Assembly (NCBI GenBank): GCA_973895155.1
Contig: OZ316896.1
Coordinates: forward strand, 7,387,278 to 7,451,277
Source of the DNA: Marsupella aquatica
Lineage: Eukaryota; Plantae; Marchantiophyta
DNA length: 64,000 nt
Reading direction: 5' to 3'
This document shows positions 1-13,279 of this stretch, in pieces; the stretch's first letter is position 1, and every line of letters starts with the position of its first letter. The notes under the pieces were generated by a model. The model did not search any database. It was not told the DNA's origin and saw only the letters and a list, made by a program, of their open reading frames with translations. The position numbers were made by a program, and so were the translations under genes.

Positions 1-198
1 ACATCTTGGCCCCCTTGGGGGTATAGGTTGGAGGGAGAGCACTCCCTCATTTTTCACATGTACTCTCATTTGTTATGGAGCCTTTAGGAGTTTCTTCACT
101 CAGGGTATCTCGTCTGTGTAGTGTCTGATTGAGTATCTCTCATGTTTTCGCATTGCTATCTAGTCCGGAGCCGACGGTTTCTTAGAGAAAGGGTACCA
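1..198 (+). mobile_element. 3' part of an LTR-like repeat, related to the copy at ~6125-6310
   Basis: GGGGTATAGGTTGGAGG...CTCTCAT...GAGTTTCTTCACT...CTCATGTT..CGCATT.GCT.TCTAGTC aligns with 6125-6310; ends in GGGTACCA. Confidence 0.5.
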
Positions 199-2102
199 TC
201 TGAGTCAACAGTGCCATTATTTCAGAGCAGTCCATGCAAGTTGTAATTGTCCATCCAAGCATCTCAACAAACATTGTGGCTCAAGAGCTTCAGTGGTCCT
301 CCAAACTCATAATTCAAATGAATTCCTATAGCCATTTTTTCAAATTTCCTGTCATCCAAGTAGACTAAATTAACCCAAGAGGACACTTAAAATTTGGGTC
401 CATGGACATATGGAGGCTCATACTTCTTCCAACCTAACCCCTCCAATTGTAGAAGTAGGTAAAACGAGGGGAACCAAAATGTGATAGGTTGTGCTCACAC
501 CTGCCTTCTGGTGAGTGTCGATGGGGAAACCCAGTTCACTCAGTGAGAAGGTACAGTTGGAGGGGGTTGCTCAGGCAAATCATGAGCTCAATGTGAGCAT
601 GAACCAATTGTGTGCCATCTTTTGTTAGTCAGGTAGTATGTTAAACCAACCATATAGGAGACATGGGGGCAACCAGCGAGGCAACTAGGTGACAACCTGA
701 TAATGAAATTACACTAGGAGAGAACACGAGAAAACTTTAAAACTGAGTTGCTAAATTGAACAAACCATAATTTCGAGTGAGTAACAAGAGGTTAGTGCCG
801 TGTTAAGAAGAAACCACCCGAGTGCGCCGGAGGAAGGAGTTGTCAAGGGAAAGTATCGCACCAGCACGTCCGAAAAACAAGTTTTGAGCTGAACACGTGT
901 TAAACCGACTTCCAATTATCGTAGTGGCGTGACGGTCTCCTGAAGGACTAGTGTGAAGGCTTAAATTCGCAACCACAGCGAAGTACAGTTGTATCAAGCA
1001 TTTTCAGGTACTTGGGATCCATCTGTGTTTTGCAACTAGGTATATCAATGCAGTGGACCAATGTCGTCCTTCTCAGATGATTGGGAGCACTGCCTCCTCA
1101 TTCCTCCGGTAATCCGCTTCCAATTCAGAGGAATTCAGTTATCCGTGCCCATAGATTCCTTTCCATTGTGTGAAGAATGGATTGAACAGAACTTTGATTC
1201 CAATTGTTCATTTCACATAAACCCCAGGTCCAAGGAATGAAAGGCGGTAACGTTCAGAAAAACCCTTCTGTCTCCTCATTGATCCACACTCCAGCGACGA
1301 GGAGTGAAGTCCATGGACTCCCTGCAGTGGCGATTATTTAAAAGAAAGTTGAAGATTGGAGGTGTGTATATCAAACTGCCAAAGTACAAAAAACCCCAAT
1401 CCGGGAGACAGGATCCCAATGGCAAAGCGGAGGTGTCTGGAGAAAATTAGGTCCAGTCCAGCCAGCGTGGGGATCCGTTAATATACTTGATCTGTTGCTT
1501 TTGGCTCGATTTCCTATTCTTAGAAATCATTGGCTCTCGAATGAATCCAAAAGCATGTTCAAAACCTACTGATGAGAACATCCTGTGCTCACAACAGCAC
1601 AGTACAGATTCATCATTTACAGCTAGGAAAGAAAGAAGTCGGAGGAATTGCTCTAGTTAAAACCGTGACTCCGAGGTGGAAAGATGTTATCCGCACAGAT
1701 TTGACGTTGGGACTAATGTATTTCCATGCCGCTTTGTCAGCGTGTAACTTACTCCCTTTGCACGCCTGCCCTAGGTGTGCACTCCCAGAAATATATTCCA
1801 TCCACGGCCGCATGACCGCATGATCGGGAAGGATTCTGTCGCATGCCTGGCACTTGCAGTGACGTTTGCGCGAGCACAGTGATCCGAATTATACATCTGC
1901 AGACAAGGACAGCAGGAGCACGAAGCAGAGCTTACCAGATTGGGAGACTGGGGAAGTGGGGACTGGGGGCGGGCTGAGGAGTGTCGTTTCCAGGGTCAAA
2001 CTAACCCTTGCTAGCTTTATTATTGCGATCGTGCATGCCAACAAGAATATAATTCGAGTCAGCTTGGTTTGCGGCTGTGCTCTGCTCCACTCTACGTTAT
2101 TC

Positions 2103-2121
2103 CGATCGATCGATCGATCGA
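2103..2121. repeat. (GATC)n microsatellite
   Basis: cgatcgatcgatcgatcga. Confidence 0.85.
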
Positions 2122-3389
2122 TGGTACCAGTCTCGAGGCCCCAGAGACACCTGTGGCCCCAGATCACTGTAGAAGAAAGAATGGCCTCCTTCCTTCCATC
2201 CTGCCTGGCAACACGAACCACTCGGCCCTATAGAAATCTCAGTCATGGCGGCTCATGCATCACATTCCTTCCCTCCCCCCCCTTAGTTGGACCAGAGGGA
2301 AACCAGACCCCAAGACCAAACCTCACGCAACCATGGTCAAGCTCTCAGTTGGGGGAAACCCTCATTGATTTCATCCGTTAAAGGACCGGGTGAAATGAAA
2401 TAGCGCTCACACCTACTAAGCCTGAAAAAGGATGGATTGTAAATATTTCAAATGGACACAGATTGACTCCGATTGAACTACGAGGGGATGTTGTGAACTT
2501 TAAGATGTCCCATTCTGATTATCTTGTTTTGCTCTATCAGAACTGCCAGTGACTCAAACCACCACTGGCCATTTAAAAGGAGTAGTGTCCAAAACTTCTC
2601 CCTTTTTCTTATTCGTCTCCTCTACCTTGAGGTTTTGCTCTTCAATTTCAGGAAAAATTACTAAACATGGTGAAATCTATGGAACCATGTTTTTGTCATG
2701 AGTAGTGACTCTTTAAGGCAAAGCACATTCTTTGCATTTCAGTCAATATTTGAATCCTGAGTACTTCAGCTGAGAGACAACTCTCAACTAGATCCATGCC
2801 TGTTTGGCCACATTACTTACAACTCTGGTATAGATAAAGAAGCCCCAAGCTAATTCCAAATACATTACATATAAGAGCTCTGAGCATGCCTAGAGAGACA
2901 TGGCTGTGTGGTAGCTCACTTGAGTAATGACTCATAGATCTTGGGTTCAAAAATTGTGGCTGATTGATCCCTTTCTGTGGGGTTTCACAAATTTCCTCTT
3001 AAATTTAATTAAAAAAAGAAAAAGAGAGAAAGAGCTCCGAGCGTGTTCAGGGAGATTGCTAAAGAAAACAGACATCAAAGCGACAAAGGCCAGAAGACAA
3101 AGACAGCCTGAAGACCATCCAGCCAATTGAATTATGTATAACAACATCCAAGCAAAAGTATAATCTACTTCTATGATAAAGGATTCTCCCAACTAAGGTC
3201 TATATATTATTAAAACTTGAAAGGAGGGAACAAGTGAGTCATGTTTTCACCCTCTTTGGATTGACTGAATTGGGGTGCCCAAGGGGATATGCTGCCTTCT
3301 AGGGTACAATGTACATGCACCCGATGTACGATATGCCACAGCACAAGAATTTTCTGGTACTTCATAGGTGCAGTTTGATCACATTTGAT

Positions 3390-3585
3390 CACATGGATAT
3401 TGAAGATGAAGATACTTACGATTCTAGAAATGAGTTAATCATTGAGGATGGTGACCCATCCACTTATTCAGAGGCCATGGCTTCCCTTGAGAAGCTGGAA
3501 TGGATTGCTGCCAGACATAAGGAAATGAAGTCACGTTATGACAATAATACTTGGCAGCTAATAAAAATGCCTCAAGAATGCCATT
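3390..3585 (+). pseudogene. Ty1/Copia pol fragment (integrase-RT linker / RT N-terminus)
   Basis: EDGDPSTYSEAMASLEKLEWIAARHKEMKSRYDNNTWQLIKMP matches the Copia EP.TY.EA...W..AM.EEM.SL..N.TW.LV.LP motif. Confidence 0.8.
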
Positions 3586-3593
3586 CTACATTG

Positions 3594-3988
3594 TGTTAGG
3601 GTTTCAACTAAACCTTGGCCCCGACCTTGGCTAGGTTAAATAGAGTATGTTAACTGGAGTTAATATTAGTTAACTAGACTCTTCATGAAGGAAAACCCTT
3701 TTTGTATCCATGAAGAGAGTGCATTTAGTTGAGAACCTGGTGAGAGAGTGAGAGAGAGCTTGCCATAGAGCTATGGTGATGATTGTAAATTTGTGTGCTC
3801 ATAGTGACGGGCATAGTGAAGCTCTTGGTGCGACTGTGGATGTAACCAAACAGGGTGAACCAGGTATCTTTGTGTCGGTGTACTTGTGTGGTATATGTGT
3901 GGTGATTTTGAGAGGTCATACTATAAATTTTGATCATACACATTGAGCTAAAACGGTAAAAAAATCATGAACTATGACAGTGTCAACA
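3594..3988 (+). mobile_element. Copia-type LTR (solo or orphan)
   Basis: TGTTAGG...GTGTCAACA termini; GTGGATGTAACC...GGTGAACCAGGTA motif shared with the LTRs at 8241 and 41244; no TSD found. Confidence 0.7.
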
Positions 3989-5919
3989 TTCAAACACAGC
4001 CAATATTTGAGCAAAACGTCCATTTTTGAACACAATCTGCCCTTTTAGTACAAAAAAATGAAAACGCATAGTCAAAACTCACACACAATGCCCGGAGGCA
4101 ATGTTCAAATACAACACCCCATGGCCCACTATTCAAATACAAGGCCATGGTGCTCTGCTCAGGGCAAGACAGTAGTTGTACTTTACTCTGGTACATGGGA
4201 AGCATGAGAGGTTAATGGCTTTTTGCTTTGGAGTAGATGTTTTTGGGGGTTACTTTTGCTTTTTCATCATGTCACATTTAATTGTCATCAACTAACCATG
4301 CATTGTATTCCAGAAATATCTGTAAGGAGCCTTCACAAGGTGGACTGGAACACTCAGAGTGATTGCCATCCAAACTCCTTGTATGCAGTCAGAAGCTCTT
4401 TATGCACATAAACAAACAACATTTGAAGTCATGTCTCAACAATCTCTTAAGGACAACCACTGGCCGCCCAAATCCCTCAGTCTATACAAGCAAGTTTTGT
4501 TAAGTTTTCTTTCAGCAATACACCCATGGGCAAATATTTAAGTGCAGTTGTTACAAAATGTTAAAAAAAAAAGGTATCCTAAAACTCCCTTAACCAGATA
4601 TGACTGGTGGCCCCACTGGTGGTTCTTCCTTGCAAAAAATACCATTAAAAAACACCCTGCTGGTCTTTGTATATTAATTGTACAAGCAGTAGTGTGCGTA
4701 GATCAGGTACACCCAATCACGAATGAGGCGGCATGCCCCTACGTACTCAATCTCCACTGTTGCAGTGACACAACAGACCTATGCTCCAACTGAAGCTCAA
4801 TGGGATCAGTAGGCCAAGTAGGCAAAGAAAGAAATGGTAATTAATCGTGTATCTCTTTGACTAGTGGTGGGTTCTCCAATATAAATCTAAATGGAACAGC
4901 TAAGAGGTCTCACTCCAAGGGGGTCCCACATCACCCACAAAATTTTGAGTGAATAAACACCCTAAAGCATTAGTTAATAAAGTTTTTGAAAGAGATTTGT
5001 TTACCCTTACAATATTCTTGGAGTATTTTCATATATCGTTTAAGAAAATCATCATATAAATCATATTATAATTCCCAAAACCGGATTAAAACACCCATAA
5101 TGTTCATTCCGCAAAAACTTAAAAGTCTTTTACTAAACCCAATAAAAAACCCTATACTTATTTGCTAGTGATGGGTTGGAAGAAAAGAAGTGAGGACCCC
5201 AGGTGGAACAACACAGAATGAGGAAAAAAGGTATTACCTTGTTCAGGAGCCTACTCAGATTGCTTTGTCCGAGTGATTGAGAGTTTTGATATGTATTTTT
5301 GTTTCAATTTATTTTAGACAAGGTACCCAAGTAACCCAAAGATAATTTATTTTTGCTTTAAAGGGGTTACTAAAAAATCCACCCAAACTCTAGAAAGGAA
5401 TAATCAATTATTCTTCTCAACATGGGAATCCTTTTGAGAACTATTTACCTTTTTGGGGTCCCTTCACACTTTTAGATACCTTAATGAATATTCGTTTTCT
5501 CATTTGTCTAGATACAATAGTACTAAAAGTTTTTCATTACCATTTGGGGAGAGATTGTCTCTTAATGGTATGCAATCTGAGACTTGAATCACCAAATCTG
5601 CTCTATTTAAAAAACTACTGAGGTGAGCCCCAATTTACTGCATGAGAAATCCAGCAAAATAGCCAGGCATAAGCTCCCTCCAAGCGCCATCATTAAACAA
5701 ATCAGATCTAGCCAACTACTTCACATGAGTGTTATGCCTAGGTACACTAGGTACATGGCCTCTGGTTCCAATCTCCAGGTCTTGGCATGACCATCAAGTC
5801 TCAGCTCAGGTCCACCATGCATTTGCCCTAGCCAGAGTTGTAGTTGACTTTGCATTCTTGTAGGGTGAGTTTGGGGTGTATCAGGGACTTTTGCCTCTAG
5901 TATGTACATACAACTTCAT

Positions 5920-6320
5920 TGTCTGTGTAATTTGCAGCATTTCCCTTTACTTAGGAACTAAGTATGTGGACTTGATGGTTTGGCCACATATTTATAATGG
6001 GGTTATGCCACTATCATGTTATGTTAGTAATTGACTCAAGTTTGCGGTTTTAGTTAGTTTGGCCTTACTAGGGTTAGTTTACCTTTGATCACATTATGAT
6101 AAGATCTGCTTAGACTAGGCCCACACATCTTCAGCCCTTCCTTGGACCTTTCCTAGGGGTATAGGTTGGAGGAAGAACATTCTCTCCCTCATTCTTCATA
6201 TGCACTCTCATAAACTATGGATCCTTCAAGAGTTTCTTCACTTGTGGTGTCTTGTTGGTGTAGCGTCTAATCGAGTGTAATCTCATGTTCCGCATTTGCT
6301 GTCTAGTCAAAGGTAACATA
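5920..6320 (+). mobile_element. degenerate LTR-like repeat related to 1-198
   Basis: similarity of 6125-6310 to 1-165; boundaries approximate. Confidence 0.45.
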
Positions 6321-8030
6321 TTCTTTCATGCTAGACTGCACAACATGAGGTCAGCAAAAGATGACTAGCTATAGACACACCTGCCAGTAGAATGATGCAC
6401 AACAATTGATCAGAGAGAGCTAATGAGGGTACTCGGACTAGATATGTACACAAAAGATTGTGCAACAGATCTACTGTAGACAAAAGGTGCTGCTCTATCT
6501 GCCTTGAAGGAATGTGAGAAGCCAAATAAAAAGGTGGTTAAGAGCTAGTAAGACTGGCCAGAGCAGCTAGAAAAAAACAAAATGGTAAGAAACCACAAGT
6601 CTGAAAAGATGGGTTGTGAACTAAGCTACCAGTTTGAGTTGCAACATGTGTGTCATGTATATTAAATAGCTTATATAATACACACCTTGAGGCCATGGAC
6701 ACAACGAGGGGGTGGGGGGGGAAGGGCCCGGGGAGGCGTCAACTATGGAAATCCATCTAGGAACTGTGTGGGAGTAAAAATATGTATATTGAGTAGTACT
6801 TGCAAATGTTCAAAAAAGCATGGGAGGTGAAAGAAGGTAGTGTATTCTCATACATTAAAAATAATTATTCAATAATATATACCTCTCATAAACCAAAATT
6901 TCAATTGCCATTAAAAGTGGAAATAAAGAATATTGATAGAGATTTTCTTTCTAAAGAGGGGTATTTGAACTAGGCTAGGATCGCACATAGTATTAAGTAA
7001 TATATACTTAGATACTTTGAGGGAAAATTCATGCCCAATTTAGATGAAACCTCCTTCTAATTAATAACAACTTTAGTGAGCTCACTGGCCTTAGAGCCTC
7101 CTTATCTACACATTAACTTGGGTCCCCAATTAATTGCAACCATTAAGTCAAGTAATGCTTCCCAAATTGATTGAAGAACTGAACTCATTAAACTTATTAT
7201 CCCTAGCACATTCAAGTGTGATGCCCTGACTGTCCGGGATCATTGTATAAATAACACGGGTAAATACCATTAATTGTATGTATGCATTATTGCCTCATTC
7301 ACAATTGGAGGACCCAAAAGGAACGTCACACTCAAAAGTCACCATAGTTTATTATGCTTTAGGATATCATTTGTAGGGTGTAATGAGATGATATAGAAAA
7401 TTTGATGTACTATACTTAATAAACATCCTTTAGGTTAGTAACAATCATTCATTAAACTATCTAGCATTTGAGACTTTGAAGCTTTCCTTATATGTCCTTC
7501 AAAGATTGATAAAAGGACTTGTCACGCAACGTGTCACATCATTTCAGGACTCGAAAGGACTCTAAAAAATGCATTTTAGACAATGAAATTTTACCAAAGC
7601 ATGCATACTAATATAATAATCTTATATTTCAAAACTCAAATATTGACCACACTAAACCTTTATGTATAGGACAAAAATAATCAGTAATCTTGGTTTATTT
7701 AGGGTCATCAATAATAGGATCCCTTAAAACAGTTGAAAACTTGATTTATCTACATGGCAAGGTAGGTTACACCATGTAAAATAGTATTGTGAAAAAATTA
7801 GACTTAAATGTCTTGAGATAAAATCATGATGAAGCTTTTTCCATGTTGCAATTCAAGTCCTTTTTCACTAAAAAAACATGATTTTGAGTCCTGAAAGTGG
7901 TTCTTGCGAGGTACACCCAATTGTGAATGAGGCCTTATAGCCTAGTAGTGACAAGTTTAAATAAGTAAATAAGCAATTAGGACTTTAAGTAGGTTAAGTT
8001 TACGTTAAAAGCAAGGGCACGCTGAATAGG

Positions 8031-8240
8031 TTGAGGGGACTACCTGCTAGCCATCTCACCTTGTGTTGGGTCCTTCTGGTGGCGATACACCACTCGACTT
8101 ACAATGACAATGGATTTGATATGGTGGCAAGGCAGTGGCGATGGGCTGACCAGGACATGGCGATTAAGTTTTTTGGCATCTCTAACTGCAGATTATATGA
8201 GATGCTTAGACCCACCCCAATTGAGTACTCAAGGCTCAAC
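8031..8240 (+). pseudogene. LINE (L1-like) ORF2 C-terminal fragment, left part
   Basis: ...RLYEMLRPTPIEYSRLN joins in frame to WTWEVTFSIEDW at 11858 once the LTR and one TSD copy are removed. Confidence 0.7.
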
Positions 8241-9149
8241 TGTTAAGGATTGCTCTTAGTCTTGTGACTCATAGGTTACGACAATTAGCTTAACCACAGT
8301 TAGGGACTTAGCTGAGGTTATGTTAGTTGTGTATGACCTTGCATATACCAGGGCTAGTGTAACACGCTGGTACATTGTGCTTGCTCATTGTAACTAAGCA
8401 ACTTGAGGAAGAGAGATAGCTTGTGTGTTTGACTACTCTGAAGTAAAGTTGGTGTGTTCGTGTGGACGTAGCCTTGGAGAAGAGGTGAACCACGTATGGA
8501 TCGTGTCGACTACGTGAGCATGGTATGAGTCATGATTGTATCGTCAACACGATTTCCGACCAAACAAGAACTATTTCTGCAAACGAGAAGTGTGTTTTCA
8601 ATTTCCGCCGAATCTCGCAAAATCGGTGGTTTTTTAATCAAAAACAGGTTTTTGGGGAAATAATGTAATCCGTATCGGAGTTTGGATTGAATCAGGAAAT
8701 TCAGGAATGTTCCAAACCACTGAAATTAATGCTCACAAACATACAATTTATCAAGGAAAAATTAGATACGAAAAACTTTGGCCTGAACCTCATATTCATG
8801 CTCTCCGAAGATATATGAAAGGTCTTATCTAGAAATCCATATCCACTTTTCGAGCAAAGTCCGATAACTGTATTGGACTCTGGATTTCAACCATGACAGT
8901 TCCAACCCAATCTCAATTTTTTCAGTTTTTGGTAATTTACCATAACTATTTTACATCACAGTCGATAAAAAATTACTGTATGGTTTGTCAAACTTACCTT
9001 GTAGTTACCTCTGCAATTGACCATAGTTATCTCCGCAAGTGACCATAGTCAACATGCCGTTATTTCAACAACAATGCACAGTCCGATAAAATTATCGCGA
9101 AAACTACGGACAACAAAAATACTTGCCGACAATACTAAGATCCTTCGGT

Positions 9150-9389
9150 TCATCGGTTAAATTTCAAAATTTCAACTATCCATATGAAGAAAACACTTTT
9201 TGCAATACCAACATCAGATAAATTTATCGCTTCAATTTCAAAATTGCAACTTCCATATGAAGGAAACACTTTTTGCAATACCAACATTAGATAAATTTAT
9301 CGCTTCAATTTCAAAATTGCAACTTCCATATGAAGGAAACACTTTTTGCAATACCAACATCAGATAAATTTATCGGTTAAATTTCAAAA
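9150..9389. repeat. 73-bp tandem repeat, about 3 copies
   Basis: CATATGAAG at 9181, 9254 and 9327; each unit carries GATAAATTTATCG. Confidence 0.9.
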
Positions 9390-10456
9390 CTATATAATTT
9401 TGCCACGATGCACGTGTAAGAATGAAATTGGAAATCCAAGAAATATACCCTTCTTTGCTATTTTGTTGTTTAGGGCGACAACCAATCAAAAGTGGCCACG
9501 TGGGCCAACCCGTCAACAGACACTATAAAAGGGCCACCGCCGATAAGTTTTTGGCGTCATTATCTAGAGTAGATTTTTGGGAGTTGTGTTCTTGGAGCAA
9601 CATTCTGTCCGTTGAGCCATTCATTTTCCCTGATTGAGGGAGTAATGCAAAGCCCCATAGTGTCTCGGATAACCATGTCTCAATCAGACATAGATTCACC
9701 TTCAAGTTTAGTTAAAATCCTCTCCTAATATTGTCGCTTGCTCTTTGCCAAGTCGCATCCCTAAAGCTCTACCTCTCTCATAGTAGATTGTGCTTGAAAT
9801 CTTTGACTTTGATTAGGATTCTGATGCAAGTTCTGGTCCTAAGCCCAGTTCTTACTATGTGTCGCCTAATAAACTTGAGAAGCGTCATCTCTTGAGCGTT
9901 CCATCGCCAAGAATTGAGAAAATTTCAATCTCAGGTTTAGGTCTGAGACGTCGCTTCAGGCCATCCATCCCGGGTTATGGAGAGGGTATCCGGCAACCGG
10001 TACGCGTATCGCACACGGCATTCAAGTTGCCACATTCAACTCACATTCAATGACGGATTTTTCAGTCTCCAGGTAAGGAACAGGAAGCTAGAAAAGAGTA
10101 AGTTTCTAAACCCGTGTGTTACTTCTGATAATTTTATCGGGTTAAGGATTCCAATGCTTCTTCTTTGGTAATTGTGTGTGAATATATTGTTTGAATAGTT
10201 TGAATACTTATCCCGATAAATTTATCGCTGTCATGGTTTAACATTATGGTAATCAAATCAAGTGTTTGAATACTGAACCCGATAAATTTATCGCTATCAA
10301 TCCAGCAAAGTTCTAAACTTTTTTATTATTGAGGAAAATTCTCAACATTGCTAAACGAGCATCGGAAGGCACAAGCATTGGAGAGGAGAAGTTAAGTAGC
10401 AAAGCACCAGAGCAAATATAACAAGAGTTCTTAGAAATATTTGGAACACGAATTCG

Positions 10457-10916
10457 GAAAAAAGATAACATGGACAACATAACACCACTATTAGACTGGG
10501 CTCATTGAGGGCTTCAAAATGAGTCCAAACATGACTACCTATGTACACCCACAAACAACATGTCAACCATTCTTAGTTTTGTAACTTTCTATAATGATAA
10601 AACAATATCAATCTTTGGAATACAAACAACAATAAATTTATCGCAAATTTCAATCCTCCTTATATTTTGGGTACTCCTGGTTGGTCTCTCGAGGTTAGAT
10701 CCATTAGCACAAGGTTTTGAGTAACAAATATTGTCCCTATTATTATCTTGTATTGAAAAATAATATGGACAACATAACATCGCTATTAGATTGGGCTCAT
10801 TGAGGGCTTCAAAATGAGTCCAAACATGACTATCTATGTACACCCACAAACAACATACCAACAATTCTTAGTTTTGTAACTTTCTATAATGATAAAACAA
10901 TATCAATCTTTGGAAT
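10457..10916. repeat. ~160-bp direct repeat, 2 copies (10457-10621 and 10754-10916)
   Basis: GGACAACATAAC...GGGCTCATTGAGGGCTTCAAAATGAGTCCAAACATGAC...CAATATCAATCTTTGGAAT occurs twice. Confidence 0.9.
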
Positions 10917-10992
10917 CTATCGGAGACACACTTCTCGTTTAGCCCGACTCATGTAGAAGTCATGTCTTCTAGGTCAATCTTTGCAATTTATT

Positions 10993-11162
10993 GGAGTCTC
11001 AAATAATCCTTAATCCATTAGATGAATGGAGACTCCGATAAATTTATCGGAGTCTCAAATAATCCTTAATCCGTCAAAGGAATGAAGCCTCTGATAAATT
11101 TATCGGAGTCTCAACTAATCCTCAATCCGTCCAAGGAATGAAGACTCTGATAAATTTATCGG
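10993..11162. repeat. 56-bp tandem repeat, 3 copies
   Basis: GGAGTCTCAA at 10993, 11049 and 11105; each unit ends in GATAAATTTATC. Confidence 0.9.
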
Positions 11163-11857
11163 ACCTTGAATATAGTATATGGAATGATTGCTCACTCCTA
11201 TAATTCTATTTGATGTTCTTCAAACATATTCAATTCTTCAAAAGAATGCAACTGAGGAATGCAGAATGCGATAAATTTATTGCAATCCGCTCGGGTCAGG
11301 ACATTGCCACCAAATGACAAGTCAACCTTACATAGATGTTACTTGAACTGGAATGGTAGTTCCGATAAATTTATCGAGTTCTCTGGAGAAAGAGTCAAGT
11401 CTCTTGTGAGGAATGTAAGACTTGATAGGAGTCTAGTATTCGCTCTGAGTGAGGTGTTGTTCGCTCCGGCAAAAATAAACCTTTAATGGGCAGCCTGCTC
11501 CTCTTTATATAGGGGATGCTCTAACCATGGTTACTTTTTCCCGTTAATCATGGTTATATTTGCACCAACCCGGGTTAGTACGTGGTCGACCCTCGATTAC
11601 GTGGTTCGGACCAATTTACTCGCAGTTTGGACTTTTTCACAGACCGAATGTAAAACCCGATGCACGTATTGCTCCCTGCATTCCCGCGGCGATGCGATGT
11701 AGGCAACTCGTGTTTTTTCAATTTTTCGGCAGTTTTATCGAAGATTGCATTGCCTTAGAAAAAAATGGAATCGGGTTAAACAAGAAGTGTGTCACACTTC
11801 TCAGTCGGTCCGAAATTGTGTTCGTCATGAAGGAAGACGTCATAGTTCAACATCAAC

Positions 11858-12140
11858 TGGACTTGGGAGGTGACATTCTCTATAGAGGACTGGGGTGGTA
11901 TGTGGCGCCACTTGTGATCATCTGACTTTTCCTTTCGGGCTAAAGTGTTTATCTGGCAAGTTCTTGCTTTGGGATTCTTCACGGTTCCCGTGCTCTTCGT
12001 ATTGGGAAATTGGATGGAAGCTGTAATTTTTGCCCTGGAGTTGTGGAGACCATTCCTCATCTATTCTTTGCATGCTCGTATGCCAACCAGTGTTGGCAGA
12101 CTACCCACGGCTGGCTGAATGGTGCATGCATGGGACCTGG
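11858..12140 (+). pseudogene. LINE ORF2 zf-RVT (C-terminal Cys/His) domain, right part
   Basis: RAKVFIWQVL...DGSCNFCPGVVETIPHLFFACSYANQCW matches the zf-RVT consensus CxxC..ET..HLFF.C..A..W; contains a stop and a frameshift. Confidence 0.85.
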
Positions 12141-13279
12141 ATTTAAACTAGTGAATTTGCCAGAGATCTAGGTTCACTAATTATACTCTCAGGCTCTTTC
12201 TGATTTCCTAGGTAATGTGGAAATTCAACAGGAACACGCAGGGTGGAGGTTCCCCTGGCTAGGAACAAGAAAGAAGCTATCACACCAAAAGATCCGTCCT
12301 TACGCGGGGTTTGGCTTAGGCTAGCAAAAACTTTGTTAGTATTGAGGTTTTGGGCAAGGAGGGATGTGCAAACGGTACTTTATTCCCATAACTCGGCGCT
12401 AAGCGCACCCAATCCTACACTTACACATACCCATAGGTATACTTTGTGTTCAGCCGCCGGAACGTACATTAAGTTGATAGCTTGATCAACCCCAGCTTAA
12501 GGACTTCTAAGCCTTCGTGCTGTCCGCCCCCAATCCAGATCCGATGATACAGGTATTGTCGCACCCATAACCCAGGCCTTAAATGTGAGTTAGTTCCCTG
12601 GGGCGACCACAACCACCAGTGGGGGTGAGGGTTTGGGCAAGGAGGTGTGTAGCGGGCCCGATTAGCCCTAAGTCGGGCTAACTCAATATACTTACCGGTA
12701 TAATACTTGCGCAACTCGTACTGGTCATAGGTATATTTGTTTTCCACCATTGGAATATTCCCACAGTTAGTGACTCGGACTAACTCTCGGCTTGGGGCTT
12801 TCAAGCCATCGACGCGACAGAACCTTGTGACATGCAATGGGTGGCAATCCCTACCATTAGTCCGCACCCGGTACGTCCCTTGAAATGGTGCCTAACTCAC
12901 AAATCTCCTTTGGCCCGGCTGCGCAAGGTCTCCATAGCAAGTGAGCGACAAGGGAGAATATGCTGTATGGAACCATCTGCCAGAAAGAGTACCGGAACTT
13001 TATTGGTTTTGCACCAAGTGGGTGATGGTTAAGAGCAGATACCATCACGCCACATTGTCAAGAATTGCGGTGGCGAGGGATTAATTCAAGGGGAGTCTCC
13101 ATCCCTTCCAATTATGGAAAGCTAGTTTGTCTGCTATGATTGATTCCAATCAATCCGAAGTTCCCATCGCTCATAGCTTACTACATATGAGGAGTTGTGC
13201 ACAATGTATTTGAGGTCCAAGAGTCAATAGTAGAGACCCGTCGGGTAACTGACTCGTAAGAATAGAAAAAAGAAGAGCA

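Larger units (their letters stand above)
8547..11821. mobile_element. non-autonomous TIR DNA transposon, superfamily unassigned
   Basis: TIRs ACACGATTTCCGACC / GGTCCGAAATTGTGT; flanking duplication TCGTCA (8541-8546, 11822-11827); subterminal GAGAAGTGTG motifs; about 13 GATAAATTTATC-like palindromes; no transposase ORF. Confidence 0.85.
8241..11852 (+). mobile_element. Copia solo LTR (~330 bp; 8241-8546 plus 11828-11852) interrupted by a TIR element
   Basis: TGTTAAG...TTCAACA termini; perfect 5-bp TSD TCAAC at 8236-8240 and 11853-11857; GTGGACGTAGCC...GGTGAACCACGTA motif. Confidence 0.9.

Noticed and set aside
1866-2381. 171-aa ORF and its antisense 110-aa ORF
   Set aside because: No recognisable domain, non-ATG starts, and it spans a microsatellite; more likely promoter or UTR sequence.
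1-6320. Repeats at 1-198 and ~6125-6310 as the paired LTRs of one element
   Set aside because: They are too diverged, with no PBS and no continuous gag-pol between them.
9150-11162. Regularly spaced palindromic repeats resembling a CRISPR array
   Set aside because: The spacers are themselves repeated, there are no cas genes, and the context is a eukaryotic TIR element.
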